From the NCBI RefSeq assembly GCF_036321535.1, contig NC_087436.1, positions 7,254,001 through 7,318,000 on the forward strand: DNA of 64,000 nucleotides, in the 5' to 3' direction. Of this stretch, positions 1-13,200 are shown in pieces. Made by a program: the position numbers and the translations under genes. How positions within the stretch are numbered: position 1 is the first letter of the stretch; each line of letters begins with the position of its first letter. This DNA comes from Camelus dromedarius. Its lineage: Eukaryota. The notes under the pieces are model-generated. The model was not told the DNA's origin and ran no database searches. It saw nothing but the letters and a program-made list of their open reading frames with translations.

Positions 1-689
1 TTATACTCTCGTCTTCAATCTGCAAAAGGACAGCACAGAGATGAAATGAAAGCAGTAAGTGGGTGAAACTCTGAGCGAGGTCATCGCCACTGTTCTAAGG
101 GCTTGACATGTTCACATCACGGGGCACTCTGCTCATTAGAAAGAGTATTCTGATGACTCTGGCCATCAGATGAGTACAGGAGGAATAGGAAAATGCTCTA
201 AAAGTGCCTTCGGGGGATGTCATTCGATGACACAAAGTACCAGACCTCAATTAAAGGGCTCTTCTGGTCGTAACCAGATATGAAGCAGCTGTGACACTTG
301 GCAGATCCCTGGGCATATGCTGGTTAAAAGTGTTTCTTCCTCACTCCCTCCCTCCTCCCCTCCCTTCCTTTTTTTTTTTAATTCTTTGGAGTCAATTCAC
401 ATATGTCAGTTACAGCACAATATTGAAATGTTGTTTTTATCTTTTCACATTTTGGAAGAGCTGTCCTGAGAAGTTTTCTTTTCATGGCTGATATTTAGAA
501 AGTCTTTAATGTAATGGCCAAGAAATTTAGAAAGGAGAAAAGGAGGAAAAAAACTGTATTCTGACACCATACAGTTATTTCAGCATGTATATACACAAAT
601 GTATACACACACATATATATGTGTATATCTATCTGTACATACACTGTGATCCCATAGCATTATGCTCATACCTTAATAGCGCTTACCAC

Positions 690-795
690 ATTGTGCCTTC
701 CACTGACCTGTCTCCTTCAGGCAGAGCCACTGTCTTATTCCCCTGTATACCTCTCAAGAACACCTTGCACACAATGGAGCATCAATAAATTATTT
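690..795 (+). mobile_element. L2 LINE 3' end relic
   Basis: ggcagagccactgtcttattcccctgtatacc...ttgcacacaatggagcatcaataaat resembles the L2 3' terminus. Confidence 0.45.
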
Positions 796-1496
796 TGAGA
801 AATACATTTAATTGCATCAAAAGGAATAAAATATCTAGAAGTCAATTTAACCAAGGAGGCGAAAGACCTACACTCTGAAAACTACAACACTGACAAAAGA
901 AACTGAAGACATAAATAAATGGAAAGGTACACCGTGTTCATGAATTGGAAGAATTACTATTGTTAAGATGGCCATACGGCCCAAGGCAATTTACAGATTT
1001 CAATGCAATCTCTATCAAATCACCAATAGCAGTTTTTCACAGAATGAGAACAAATAATCCTAAAATTTTTTGAAATCACGAAAGGCTCCAAATAGCCAAA
1101 ACAATCTTGAGAAAGAGGAACAAAGCTGCACGTACTGTTACGGAGTCCAAACTCATGATGCTTGCCACATGGCGGGCCAGTAAGTCAAGAGACAAGCTGT
1201 GGAGGCAAGGAATAGCCACTTTATTCGGGAAGCCAGCAAACCAAGAAAATGGCGGACTAACGTCCTGAAGAATCATCTTAATTCATGGTGGAACTCATGC
1301 TCCTTTTATGCTAAAAGAAAAGATGAGGCCAGAGGATTTAAGATTAAAGGGTACACATGGATTGCAGACTTCTTTTGGAGTCACCTGGCCTTCAAGGAAA
1401 GCATAACATTTCTTTGTTCTCCTTGCTCACGTAGGCTGACTTGAAAGGCTTCTGTAAAACTTCAAGTTGTTAGTAGTTATTTTTACTTTAACACTC

Positions 1497-2150
1497 TTTT
1501 TTTTTTCAGTTCTAAAGGTTTTTTTTTTAATTTTAATTAAGGCATAGTCAGTTTACAATGTTGTGTCAACTTCTGGTATACAGTATAATGTTTCAGTCAT
1601 ATGTATACATACATAGATTCTTTTTCATTATAGGTTACTACAAGATATTGAATACAGTTCCCTGTGCTGTACAGTAGGACCTTGTTGTTTATCTATTTTA
1701 TATATAGTAGTTAGCATCTGCAAATCCCAAACTCCAAGTTTATCCCTTCCCATCCCTTTTATCCCCTGGTAACCATACATTTGTTTTCTATGTCTGTGAG
1801 TCTGCTTCTGTTTTGTAAATAAGTTCAAGTATGTCTTTTTTCCCTTAGATTCTACATATAAATAATATTATATGGTATTTTTCTTTCTCTTTCTGGCTTA
1901 CTTCACTTAGAATGACAGTCTCCAGGTCCATCCATGTTGCTGCAAATGGCATTATTTTATTATTTTTTATGGCTGACTAATATTCCATTGTATAAATATA
2001 CCACAACTTCTTTATCCAGTCATCTGTTGATGGACATTTATGCTGTTTCCTTGTTTTGACTATTGTAAACAGTGCTGATATGAACAGTGAGGTGCATATA
2101 TCTTTTAGAATTAGAGTTTTCTCTAGATATATGCCTAGGAGTGGGATTCT
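1497..2150 (-). mobile_element. Young L1 3' end fragment
   Basis: PolyT followed by L1 3' UTR (MNLFTKQKQTHRHRKQ-type reading). Approximate TSD agttatttttactttaacactc (1475-1496) / aattatttttattttatcactc (2152-2173). Confidence 0.85.
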
Positions 2151-2175
2151 TAATTATTTTTATTTTATCACTCTT

Positions 2176-2295
2176 TTTTTTTTTGGAGTGGGGAGGTAAT
2201 TAGGTTTATTTATCTACTGGAGGTACTGGGGATTGAACCCAGGACATCATGGATGCTAAGCATGTATTCTACCACTGAGCTATACCCTCACCCCG
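2176..2295 (-). mobile_element. Vic-1-like tRNA-Ala-derived SINE
   Basis: Reverse complement has A box (tagctcagtgg), B box (gggttcaatccc) and tail cctaattacctcccc. Perfect TSD ttttatcactctt at 2163-2175 and 2296-2308. Confidence 0.9.
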
Positions 2296-5200
2296 TTTTA
2301 TCACTCTTCTCTCTGCTTATTTGCAAGGTTTCTAGGCTGAAAGTGAACTTATCTACAACAAGTAATAGTGATAACTAACTTGAAACTGTGGGATGAGAAC
2401 TTTTTAAGAGGGAACTTAATGAGTTATTTGGGCACAAACAACACTTCTTGAACATTTAATTCTTGATGTGCAGGGCTAAAGTAATAGAATACATAATATA
2501 AAGAATGAAGGAGGCAATTTCAAAGTAATGTTAGTTCCATTCTTCCTCTATTACCATGTCAGGCTCCCTGATTTCAAGCTGTACTACAAAGCCACAGTAA
2601 TTAAAACACTACGGTACTGGCACAAAAACAGACAGAGAGATCAATGGAACTGGATAGAGATCCCAGAAATGAACCTACGCTTACAAGGGCAATTAATCTA
2701 CAACAAAGGAAGGAAATGGGGAGAAGACAACTTCTTCAATAAATGGTGTTGGGAAAACTGGACAACTAAATGCAAAGGAATCAGATTGGACCACTTTCTC
2801 ACACCATATACAAGAAAAACTCAAAATAGATTACAGACTTCAATGTAAGACCTAAAACCATAAAACTCCTAGAAGAAAACATAGACAGTGCGCCCTTTGA
2901 CATGAGTTTTAGGAATCATTTTTTCAGTTCTGTCTCCTGAGGCAAAGGAAACAAAAGAAAAATAAACAAATGAGACTATATCAAATGCAAAAGCCTTTGC
3001 ACAGCAAAGGAAACCATCAACAAAATGAAAAGGCAACATAATGAATGGAGAAGATATTAGTGAATGATATGTCCAATACGAGATTGATATCCAAAATGTA
3101 TAAAGAACTCATACAACTTAATTTCAAAACATTGAACAAAGGAACCCAAACAATCCATTTAAAAAATGGGCAGAGGACCTGAACAGACATTTTTCCAAAG
3201 AAGACATACAGATGGCCAACAGACACGTGAAAAGATGTTCAAATCACTAGTGATCAGGGAAATGCAAATCAAAACCATGATGAAACATTTACTCACACCT
3301 ATCAGAATGACTGTTCTCAAAATGGCAACAAATAACAAGTGTTCACAAAGACTTGAAGTTAAGGGAACTGGTAAGTAACGGCACTGTTAGTGGGAATGTA
3401 AATTGGTGCAGCCACTGTGGAAAACAGTATGGAGGTTCCTCAAAAAATTGAATCCAGCAATTCCACTTTTGTATATTTACCCAGAGAAAACAAAAACACT
3501 AATTTGAAAAGACATATGGACCCCTATGTTCATTGCAGCATCATTTACAATAGCCAAGATATGGAAGCAACCTGTGTCCATCGATAGACAGACAAATTAG
3601 ATGTCTCAGCCATAAAAAAGAATGAAATCTTGCCATTTGCAACAACAAGTGGATTGATCTAGAGGGTATTATGCTAAATAAGAAATAAGCCATTCAGGGA
3701 AAGTCAAATACCATATAATCTCATTTAATGTGGAATCAATAAAACAAAACAAATGAACCAACAAAAGGAAAAGAAAGTAGACTTGTAGATACAGAGAACA
3801 AACTGGTGCTTGCCCAAAAGGAGGGCTGTGGGGTGGAGTGAAATAGGTGAAGGGATTTAAGAGGTACAAACTTCTAGTTACAAAATTAAGTCACAAGGAT
3901 GTAATACCCAGCATAAAGAATATGGTCAATAATACTGCTACAACTTTGCATGGGGTCCGATGGTCACTAGACTTATCCTGGTGATCATTTCATAATATAT
4001 TTAAATGTTGACTCACAATGTCGTACCCCTGAAATGAAGATAATATTGTACATCGACTATACTTCGATAAAAAATAATATGTTTAATGGTTGAGTAATTT
4101 ATGGGTTAAAAACAATGTAGCTACTAGTAGCCTGTCCTTTAGACAACAAGGAGGGGAGATTTTTAATGAGAAGAGCCCTTATGGAGGAAAAGAAACTTGG
4201 TAGATGAAAGGAAAATATACAGAGAAATTAAAAAAAAAAACATTTTGAGTGGGAGAATGAAGTGAAAGAAGTTGGAGAAAAATAGTTTAGACTTGATGGT
4301 TCTTAGAAAGGAGCTTTGGTGCGGGCAAAAGATAACGTAGTCCCTGGAAGACTAATTTCTTCTGTGATGTGATGGTGGTGATGACTTCTCTCCACTTCAG
4401 GGATATTCCAGGATTCAAAGGTCTCACTTGGTGTGAGAATCTTCATCTTGTGTAAACTGCCGAGCAGCTTTGCTGCAAGGCTACTGTGAAGATGTTCACT
4501 AGCTCAATGCTTTTTTTTCCCCCGTTCAAAATAAACCTTCACTAATCAATTAAACAAACACAAATCTACCAAGGGAAACTCAAGAAGGTCCCTAGAACCT
4601 GGCAAATAAGCTCTAAGTAGTTTATACATGAGTTGTTTTCTGACCTACATCACCCAAACCTTCTGCTTCTTACTAGGAAGTGACAACTCATTCAATTCTG
4701 CCTGGCAGCGCACGGGAAGCTGTGGGGCGTTTTGAACAGCTGTGGAAAATGGCTAAGACAGTGATTCCTCAAATCTGTTTGGAAGATTAAACAGGGATTT
4801 CACACAGTATTTCAATTATTTGTAAGCAATTTCTATTTGGATGCTTTTCAATCTTTTTTTTCCCCCCTACTTTATGATAATTTCGATGTGGAATATCTCT
4901 ACAGAAGAAAAAAAAAACCAACCCAGTTCTGGGGACAAGTTTCTGAGACAGAATCTCAATTCTGAGCTAAAAATGTATTTCGCAACTGCTTCTTAACTCA
5001 TCGACTACAACCCACACCTGCATCTCCTTCCTTTCCACCTCATTCTAATTCAGCGACACCTTGCCCGGAGAGGTATTTTAATCAAATCTCTTTCCTTTGA
5101 AATTCTAGTGCTAGGACGATCTGTGGAGAGGCTGTACGGAGTGGGAGTAATGGCTGATAATGTCTTCCACGAGGAGGATACGTTTACCTAAAACTACATG

Positions 5201-5382
5201 ATCACAGATTGAGCTATATTGTTACAACAGTTATCAGTCATGATGGGTTTTTCTTGATTTGTATCGAGTCTGAAGACAGCTAAGGGAGGCTAAAGATTAA
5301 CAATTTTCTGACCTTACTTCGGAATGAATTTTTCATTCAAAATTCTGCTTTCCTGAAAATGACTGAGCAATAACTATGCAGA

Positions 5383-5654
5383 CTTTTTATTTTTTTTTAA
5401 ATTGAAGTATATAGTCAATTACAATGTGGTGTCAATTTCTGGTGTACAGCACAGTGTTTCAGTCATACATATACATAGAGATTTTTGTTTTTATATTCTT
5501 TTTCACTATAGGTCGCTATGAGATATTGAATATAGTTCCCTGTAATACATAAAACAGATTTTTAAAATCTATTTTATATATAGTGGTTAGTATATACAAA
5601 TCTCAAACCCCCAATTTATCCTTTCCCACCCCCTTCCCCCCAGTAACCATAAGT
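5383..5654 (-). mobile_element. Young L1 3' end fragment
   Basis: PolyT plus attgaagtatatagtcaattacaatg...tctggtgtacagc, the same L1 tail as at 1520, 9945, 50489 and 60330. Confidence 0.85.
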
Positions 5655-5899
5655 ATGGAGAGTTTTAATGTTTCCCTCCTTCTCATCCTCCTCTTCCTCC
5701 TTCTCCTCCCCTCCCCACCCCCTCCCCCTTTTTCTTTTTCTCCAGTGTCTACGGTCATAGCAACGTAGGTCAAGTGTAGTTATCATGATTTGCCTGTTTC
5801 TGGTTTAAAGAAATATTTATTGGATGCTCTTTGAATTATAAAGACTCTAATAACAATATGGAGTTCCTTCTATGGGCCAGGCCTCTGGTCCCCACCATT

Positions 5900-6060
5900 C
5901 TCAAATAAGCTTACTGAAGGGAACCTATATTGTTTTGATCATTTTAAGAGGAAAAACTGAAGCTAGGAAGTTGCAAAATTGCCAGAGGTCACAGACCTGG
6001 TGAGTGCCTCTGTCAAGAGTCACACTCAGGTCTGACTACACTCAAATGTCCTAGCTTGTT
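5900..6060 (-). mobile_element. MIR SINE relic
   Basis: attttaagaggaaaaactgaagctag...aggtcacagac matches the MIR core. Confidence 0.55.
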
Positions 6061-6669
6061 ACTTTGATCACCATTTGATCATGACATCTTAACATCCATA
6101 GGAGACCAAATTGTTTATCATGGCAACCGAAAGCCAGTAAAATTTGGCTGGAATATATCCCTTTAACCTTCCCCAAGAAATCTTGAATTTCAGCCTCACA
6201 AGTTCAAGTCTTAGAGCAGAAAACAGTGCAACAAAAAGACACTTGGATACAGGCAGGTGCCCAAGCATTTGGTTGAACGGAAGTCCACAAACACGTATAC
6301 GTGGTAATATGAGTATTTGTAGCATTGTTTTTTTTAAGTACTGGCAATTCGCTGCTCCATGGAGTGAAATTTCAGTTACTACTTTTCACACACAGTCAAG
6401 TCATTTCATTCATTCTCCATATTTATTTGTTACTCACACCACTGTACGCATCATCTTTTAAAATACTGTGAACATTCCTGACTGTCCCTTTTGTGAAGGC
6501 CACTTTCCTCTGTTTCTCATTGCTTTCTTGAAAATTTTCCAAAATTCACAGCCCGCCTTATGTTCCATGTCCTATATTGTGCCTACCCCGTCCACCTTAG
6601 TTCTATGACATCTAAAGGAACCTCTGTATCACTAATTTGATATTCACATCATACTGTTTTCCGTACACA

Positions 6670-7126
6670 CGTTTCAAAAATTTTGAAATGACTTTGAACA
6701 TTCAGAAAAAAGAATGCTATGAACTCTTAAATATTCCTCACCTAGTATCACCAAATGTTAGTATTTTACCTTACTTCTTTCCTTCCCCACACATATACAC
6801 ACACACACATATCTACATTATTATAATTATAGTTGATTCCTGGACAACACGGCCTTGAATTGTGTGGGCTCACTTAGACACAATTGTTTTTCAATAAATA
6901 CATACTACATGATCCATGGTTGGTTGAATTCGTGGATGTGGAACCTCAGGTACAGAGAAACAACTGTAAATTCATATGCAGATTTTCTATAGTGCAGGGG
7001 TGGGCGCGCCTATCCCTTGCATTGTTCAGGGGTCAACTGTATTTCCTGAATCATTTGGCATTAGGTTGCAGACAATAGCTCCTGTATTCCTACATATTTA
7101 GTGAAGAATTTTCTAAGAAAAAGACC
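6670..7126 (-). mobile_element. L1MC4/5-like 3' end, left part
   Basis: ttttgaaatgactttgaacattcagaaaa...cacctagtatcaccaaatgttagtattttacc...gttgcagaca...ttttctaagaaaaagac matches the recalled L1MC4 3' UTR. Confidence 0.65.
6830..7039. mobile_element. Tigger2-derived MITE (MER8/Tigger2a-like)
   Basis: TIRs tagttgattcctggacaa / ttgttcaggggtcaactg, TA at both ends (6828-6829, 7040-7041), internal ggttggttgaattcgtggatgtggaacc. Confidence 0.85.
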
Positions 7127-7876
7127 TACAGCACAACACTGTTCACCATAAGGGCTATGTTGTACAGCAGATCACTGGAACTCGTTCATCTTGTGTAACT
7201 GAAACTTCTTGCTCCTTGACTAGCAATTCTCCCCACCCCCTTGACCTCAGCCCTTGGCCATTCTACTCTCTAATTCTTTGTGTTTGACTATTTTAGTGCC
7301 TCATATAAGTGGAATCATGCAGTGTTTGTCTTTCTATGACTGGCATGTTTCATGTTGCATAACGTCCTCAAGGTTCATCTATGTTGTTGCATGTGGCAGA
7401 CTCTCTTTTTTGAAGACTGAATATTATTCCTTTGTGTGTGTGCACGTCTGCGTGTGTGTGCATGGATGTTCTATATCCATTCATCGATCAGTATACATTT
7501 ACGTCATATGGTGGCTGTTGTGAACCTTTGTCAGTGGCGCTGCAATGAACATAGGAATGCTAATGTTCCTTACAGATCTTGATTTCAATTCTTTTGGATA
7601 AAGAAGTGAGATTCCTGGAGCTTACGGTAGTTTTGTTTTTATTGTTTGAGGAAACTCCATGTTGTTTTTCATAATGACTGTACTGATTATATTCTCAACA
7701 ACAGTGTACAAGTGTTCCAGTTTCTCCAAGTCATTTCTAACACTTGCTATCTCTTGATTTTTTTGCTAAAAGTCATCCTAACAAGTGTGAGGTCTTTCAC
7801 TGTGATTTTGATTTGCGTTTCCTGATGATTAGTGGTGTTGAGCACTTTTTCGTGTACCTGTTGGCCGTTTGTAGGT

Positions 7877-9319
7877 ACCTGAAGCCCAGTATGCAGAGAG
7901 AACTAGTTGTGTGAAGAGAAGTTAAATGTTGTGTCTGACCCTGTAACATTGGAAGGGTTGTTCCAAGTACTGCTTGCCCTGTTCTGTTTATAATGGTTGA
8001 TATTAAACAAATAGTAGGCAAATGAAGCAGAAAATCAATTGTCTTAGCAGAATATTGTCCTCACCGAGTGTGTAGTTTGAGCATAGATTTGAAGCCTATG
8101 GCTGAGTTTCTTCTAGTGTAATCAAAAGTTTCTTTTAATCAAAAGGTGAATGACACATTAGACCAGACGGGCTTAACATATATTTACAGAAACATTCAAA
8201 GACAAGAGAATACACATTCTTTTCAAATACACAGGGACATTTCCAAATCATGTTGTTAGGCCACAAAACAAGTCTTAATAAATTTAAGGTATTGAAATTA
8301 TATCCAGCATCTTTTCTGACCACAATGGTATAAAATTAGAAATTAATTTCACAAAGAAAACTATGTGGAGATTAAGCAATGTGCCATTGAATAACAAATG
8401 GATCCAAGAAGAAATCAGAAGAGAAATGAAAAGTATCTTAAGAAAAATGAACACAGAACTGTAACATAACAAAATTTATGAGATTTAGTAAAAGCACTTC
8501 TAAGAGGGAAGTTCACAGCAATAAAGGCCTACATCAAGAAACAAGTTAACAACCTAATTTACAACTTAAAGAACTAAAAAAAAAAAAAAACCAAAACCCC
8601 AAAAACCCAGAGTTAGCAGAAAGGAATAAATACCAAAGATCATAGCAGTAATAAATGAAAAAGAGACTGACAAACAATAGAAAAGATTAGTAGCTTCAAG
8701 GGCTGGATATTTGAAAAGATAAACAAAATTGACAAACCTTTAGTTAAACTCATCAAAAAAGAAGACTCAAATAAATAAAATCAGAAATGAAAGAGAAGAT
8801 GTTACAACTGATAGCAGAGAAATACCAAAGATCATGAGACGATATGAACATTGAAGGCATTATGCTAAGTGAAATACGTCAGACAGAGAAAGAAAAATAC
8901 TTTCCTTCTCTGTCTGTATGATCTCTTTTATATGTGGAATTAAAAAATATATATCAAATGCAAAGATATGAAGAAAAGATGGTTGCTTTTGCCAGAGGCT
9001 AGGCATTGAAGTGTAAGAGAAATGGGTAAACGGTTTTCATTTATATTTTTAGTTTAAGTTGAATAGAAATCAACACACAAACAAATAAAACCTAAATATG
9101 CAGAAAAGTAGTAAATAAATAAATTTAACATGCAGAAAGTGTTTCTTTTTTCTTTGTTCTGAGTAAAACTGAACTGTGAATTCTCTATAGAAAGTGGTAG
9201 TTTGGACTTCCCCTCTTTTCTAAAGTAATTTCTGCCTAGTTTATTGTCTAATTAACTTTAAGGATTCTTAAAAGTTAGCATTATAAGTAAAACAACTTGC
9301 ACAAAGTTTTCTGAAAAAA
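7877..9319 (+). other. Non-L1 insert of about 450 bp net (possible retrocopied mRNA 3' end), itself interrupted by a plus-strand L1
   Basis: Host L1 stops at tttgtaggt (7876) and resumes at atcttctttggaaaa (9321). The insert ends with agtaaa (9286-9291), 22 nt, then A6. Confidence 0.45.
8140..9130 (+). mobile_element. Internally deleted L1 (ORF2 endonuclease region fused to 3' UTR)
   Basis: EN-region sequence gaatacacattcttttcaa...ttctgaccacaatgg, then a jump at ~8845 to ttgaaggcattatgctaagtgaaat. Approximate TSD aaaagtttctttt / aaagtgtttctttt. Confidence 0.8.
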
Positions 9320-9944
9320 TATCTTCTTTGGAAAATATCTATTTAGTTCCTTTGATCATTTAAAAATCAGGTTACTAGTTTTTTTGTTATTAAGTTAAAA
9401 GTGTTTCTTATATATGTTGAGGATTAACCTCTTACTAGATTTATTGTTTAAAAATACTTTCTCCTATTCTGTAGACACATTTTTACTCTGTTGATTGTTT
9501 CCTTTGGTGTGCAGAAGCTTTCTAGTTTAGTGGAGTTCCACTTGTCTATTTTTGCTTTTGTTATCTGAGCTTTTGGTGTCATATCCATGAAATCACAGCC
9601 AAGGCCAATGTCATGAATTTTGTCATGAATTATCATTTTTTTTTCTAGGAGTTTTATAGTTTAGGGTCTTGAATCCACTTTGAATTGATTTTTCTGCATG
9701 GTGTGAGATAAAGGTTCAACTTCATTCTTTCACATGTGGACATTCAATTTTCCCATCAATATTTGTTGAAGAAAAAGGAACTATACTTGACCAATTGGGT
9801 ATATTTGGCTCCCTGGTCTAAGATCAGTTGACTTTACATATTTAGATCTACTTCTTGGCTCTCTGTTTTGTTCCATTGATTTATATGTCTATCTTTATGC
9901 CAGTACCATACTGTTTTAATTACTGTAAATTTGCAATGTGTTTT

Positions 9945-10212
9945 TTTAAATTGAAGTATAGTCAGTTACAATGCGTCAATTTCTGGTATATAGCACAATG
10001 TCCCAGTCATGTGTATACATACATATATTAATTTTCATATTCTTTTTAGTTAAAAATTATTATAAGATATTGAATATAGTTCCCTGTGCTATACAGAAGA
10101 AACTTTTTTTAAAATCTATTTTTGTATATAGTAGGTAACATTTGCAAATGTCAAACTCCCAAATTTATCGCTTCCCACCTCCTTTCCCTGGTAATCATGA
10201 GATTGTTTACTA
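9945..10212 (-). mobile_element. Young L1 3' end nested in older L1
   Basis: Young L1 tail with TSD tgcaatgtgtttt (9932-9944) / tgtaacgtgtttt (10213-10225). Confidence 0.85.
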
Positions 10213-13200
10213 TGTAACGTGTTTTGAAATAGGAAGTGTGATGCCCCTGGCTTTGTTCTTCTTGCTCAAGACTATTTTGGTTTGGGGTCTTTTGTGATGG
10301 TTCCATATGAATTTTAGGATTTAAAAAAATTTCTATAAAAAGTGCCATAGAAAATTTGACATAGATGAAATATAGTGAATTTGCAGATTGCTTAGGGGCT
10401 TATGGACATTTTAACAATATTAAGTCTTCCCATTCAAGAACATGGACTGTCGTTCCACTTGTTTGTGTCTTTAATTTCTTTCATCAATATTTTGTAATTT
10501 TCAGTGTATATGTTTTTCACCTCCTTAGTTAAATTTGTGCGTAAGGTTTTTATTCTTTTTGATGCTATTGTAAATGAAATTTTTTTAAATTTCTTTTTCA
10601 AATAGTTCATTATTAATGTATAAAAACACATCTGATTTTTGCATGTCAATTTTATATCCTGCAATTTTGTTAGTTCTAATAATTTTTTAAATGAAGACTT
10701 TATGGCTTTTATATATAAGATTATGTTTTCTGCAAAACATAAAATATTTCTTCCTTTTGATTTGGGTGCCTTTTGTTTCTTTTTCTTGGCTAATTTCTCT
10801 GGCTAAGAGTAGTACTACATTGAATTGAGGTGATGAGAATGAGTACACTTGCATTGTTCTTGATCTTAGAAGAAAAGCTTTTAGTTTTTCACCTTTGAGA
10901 ATGATGTTAACTGTGGAATTTTCATATATGATGTTATTATGTTGAGAATTTTATTCTATTCCCAATTTGCTGAGAGTATTTATCATGCAAGTGTTTTAAT
11001 TTTGTCAAACAATTTCTCTGCATTTATTGAGATGAATATGTAATTTTTATCCTTTATCCTGTTAATATGCTGAATCATGTTAATTATTTTTGCATATTAA
11101 ACCATCCTTGCATCATAGAGATGAATCCCACTTGGTTGTATAGGATTCTTTTAATGTGCTGTTGAATTTGGTTTGCTATTATTTTGTTGAAGATTTTTGC
11201 ATCTATATCCATCATGAATATTGGCCACTAGTGTTAATTTCCTTTGGTGGTTTTATCTGGCTTTGGTATCAGAGTACACCTGGCCTTAGAAAATGAGTTT
11301 GGAAAGATTCCCTCCTCTTCAATTTTTGGGAAGATTTTTAGAAGGACTGGTGTTAATTCTTATTTAAATGTTTGGTAGAATTCACCAGTGAGGCTATCTG
11401 GTAATGGGCTTTTGCCTTGTTGGGAGGTTTTGATTACTGATTCAATCTTCTTACAAGTGATAGTTCTGTTCAGACTTTCTATTTCTTCATGATTCAGACT
11501 TGGTAAGTTGTATGGTTTCTAGGAATTTATCCATGGTTTCTAGGTTATCCAGTCTGTTGGTGTATAATTGCTCATAGTAGCTTCTCATGATACTTTGTGT
11601 GGTATCGGTGTTCTTTTTTCATTTACGATTTTATTTATTTGAGTCTTTGTTCTTTTTTTCTTAGTCTAACTAAGTATTTGTAAACCAGCTCTTATTTTCA
11701 TTGATTTTTTTTATTCTCTATCTCATTATTTATGCTCTAAACTTTATTACTTCCTTCCTTCTACTAATTTTGGGCTTAGTTTCTTCCTATTGTAGTTATA
11801 TGAGGTATAAAATTAGGGTTAGGTTATTTATTTGAGATCATTTTTCTTTATTAATGAGGGCATTTATTTCTAAAAAACTTCCCTGTTAGTACTGCCTTTG
11901 CTGAATCCTATAAGTTTTGATATGTTGTATTCTCATTTGTCTCAAGATATTTTCTAATATCTCCTTTGATTTCTTCTTTGACTCATTGGTTGTGCAAGGG
12001 CGTGTTGTTTAATTTCCACATACTTATAAATTTTTCAGATTTCCTTCTGCTGTTGATTTGCAGCTTCATTCCATTTTGGTTATAAAAGATAGTTGATAGG
12101 ATTTCGATCTTTTAAAATTTGTTAAGACTTGCTTTGTGGCCATTGATCACCCTGTGATCTATCCTGGAGAATTTTTTGTGTGATTAGGAAGAATGCGTAT
12201 TCTGCTGCTGTTGGATGGAATTGTCTGTATAAATCTGTTAGGCATTTCATCTATAGTGCTGTTCACACCTGCTGTTTCTTTGCTGATTTTCTGTCTGATT
12301 GTTCTATCCATTAGTAAAAGTGGAATATTCGAGTTCCTTCCTACTATTATTGTATTGCTGACCACTTGTCACATCACTCCTGTCAGTGTTTGCTTTGTAG
12401 ATTTAGTGCTGTGATATGAGATTCATATATTCTTGTTTGGTAGCTTTTTTTTTTTTTAGCCCTTTTGAGTATTTCGTCTTACTCCCTTCTGGCCGTCACA
12501 GTTTCCACTGAAATCACTGCTCATCTTGTTGCAGGGCTCACTTGTATGTGACAAATCACTTTCCTCTTGCTGCTTTCAAAATTCACTCTTTGTCTCTGAC
12601 TTTTGAAAGTTTTATACGATGTGTCTAAATGTTGGTTTCTTTGTGACCTGTTGGACTTTCTGGATCTGGTTGTTCATTTTCTTCCATAAGTTTGGGAAGT
12701 TTTCAGCCATTATTTCCTTGAGTAAATTTTCTGTTTTTTTCTCTCTCTCTCCTCCTTCTGGCTTTCTCATAATGTGTATATTGGAATACTGTATACTGTC
12801 CCATAAGTTCCTTAAGCTTTCTTCACTCTTTTTCACTCTTTTTTCTTTTGCTTTTCTAATTGAATAATTTCCAATAACTTGTTTTGAGTTCATTGAACCT
12901 TTCTTATGCTTGATCTAGTTTGTTGTTGAACACCTCTAGTGAATTTTTTTGTTCAGTTATTACTGAAGCCACTCTATGATTTCTCTTTGGTATTTTTAAT
13001 ATCTTCTGTCTTTTTGTTCAAAATCTCCCTTTGTTCATGCATTGCTTTCTTGACCTTGGTGAGCACTTTTATGAAAGTTATTTTCAATTCTCTGTATGGT
13101 AAATTATATAACTCCATTTCATGTAAGTCAATTTCTGGAAATTTATCATTTTCCTTTTTTTTGGAGCATATTTTCCTATTTGCTTGTTTTTTCCTTGGTT

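Larger units (their letters stand above)
1136..2556 (-). mobile_element. ERV1-type solo LTR interrupted by an L1 3' fragment and a SINE
   Basis: Begins tgttac, ends ...ttacca; ctttatt (AATAAA on minus) near 1220. The left end resembles the reverse complement of the LTR end at 43330-43445. Cleanly interrupts L1 ORF2. Confidence 0.75.
805..4075 (+). mobile_element. 5'-truncated, decayed LINE-1 (ORF2 C-terminal half plus 3' UTR), split by an LTR at 1136-2556
   Basis: ORF2 motifs [26 protein letters not shown] and FNKWCWENW (ORF 2528-2848) and IREMQIKT (ORF 3166-3378). L1 reads ...gaacaaagctg at 1118-1128 and resumes ...gctccctgatttcaag after 2556. A-rich end near 4070. Confidence 0.9.
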
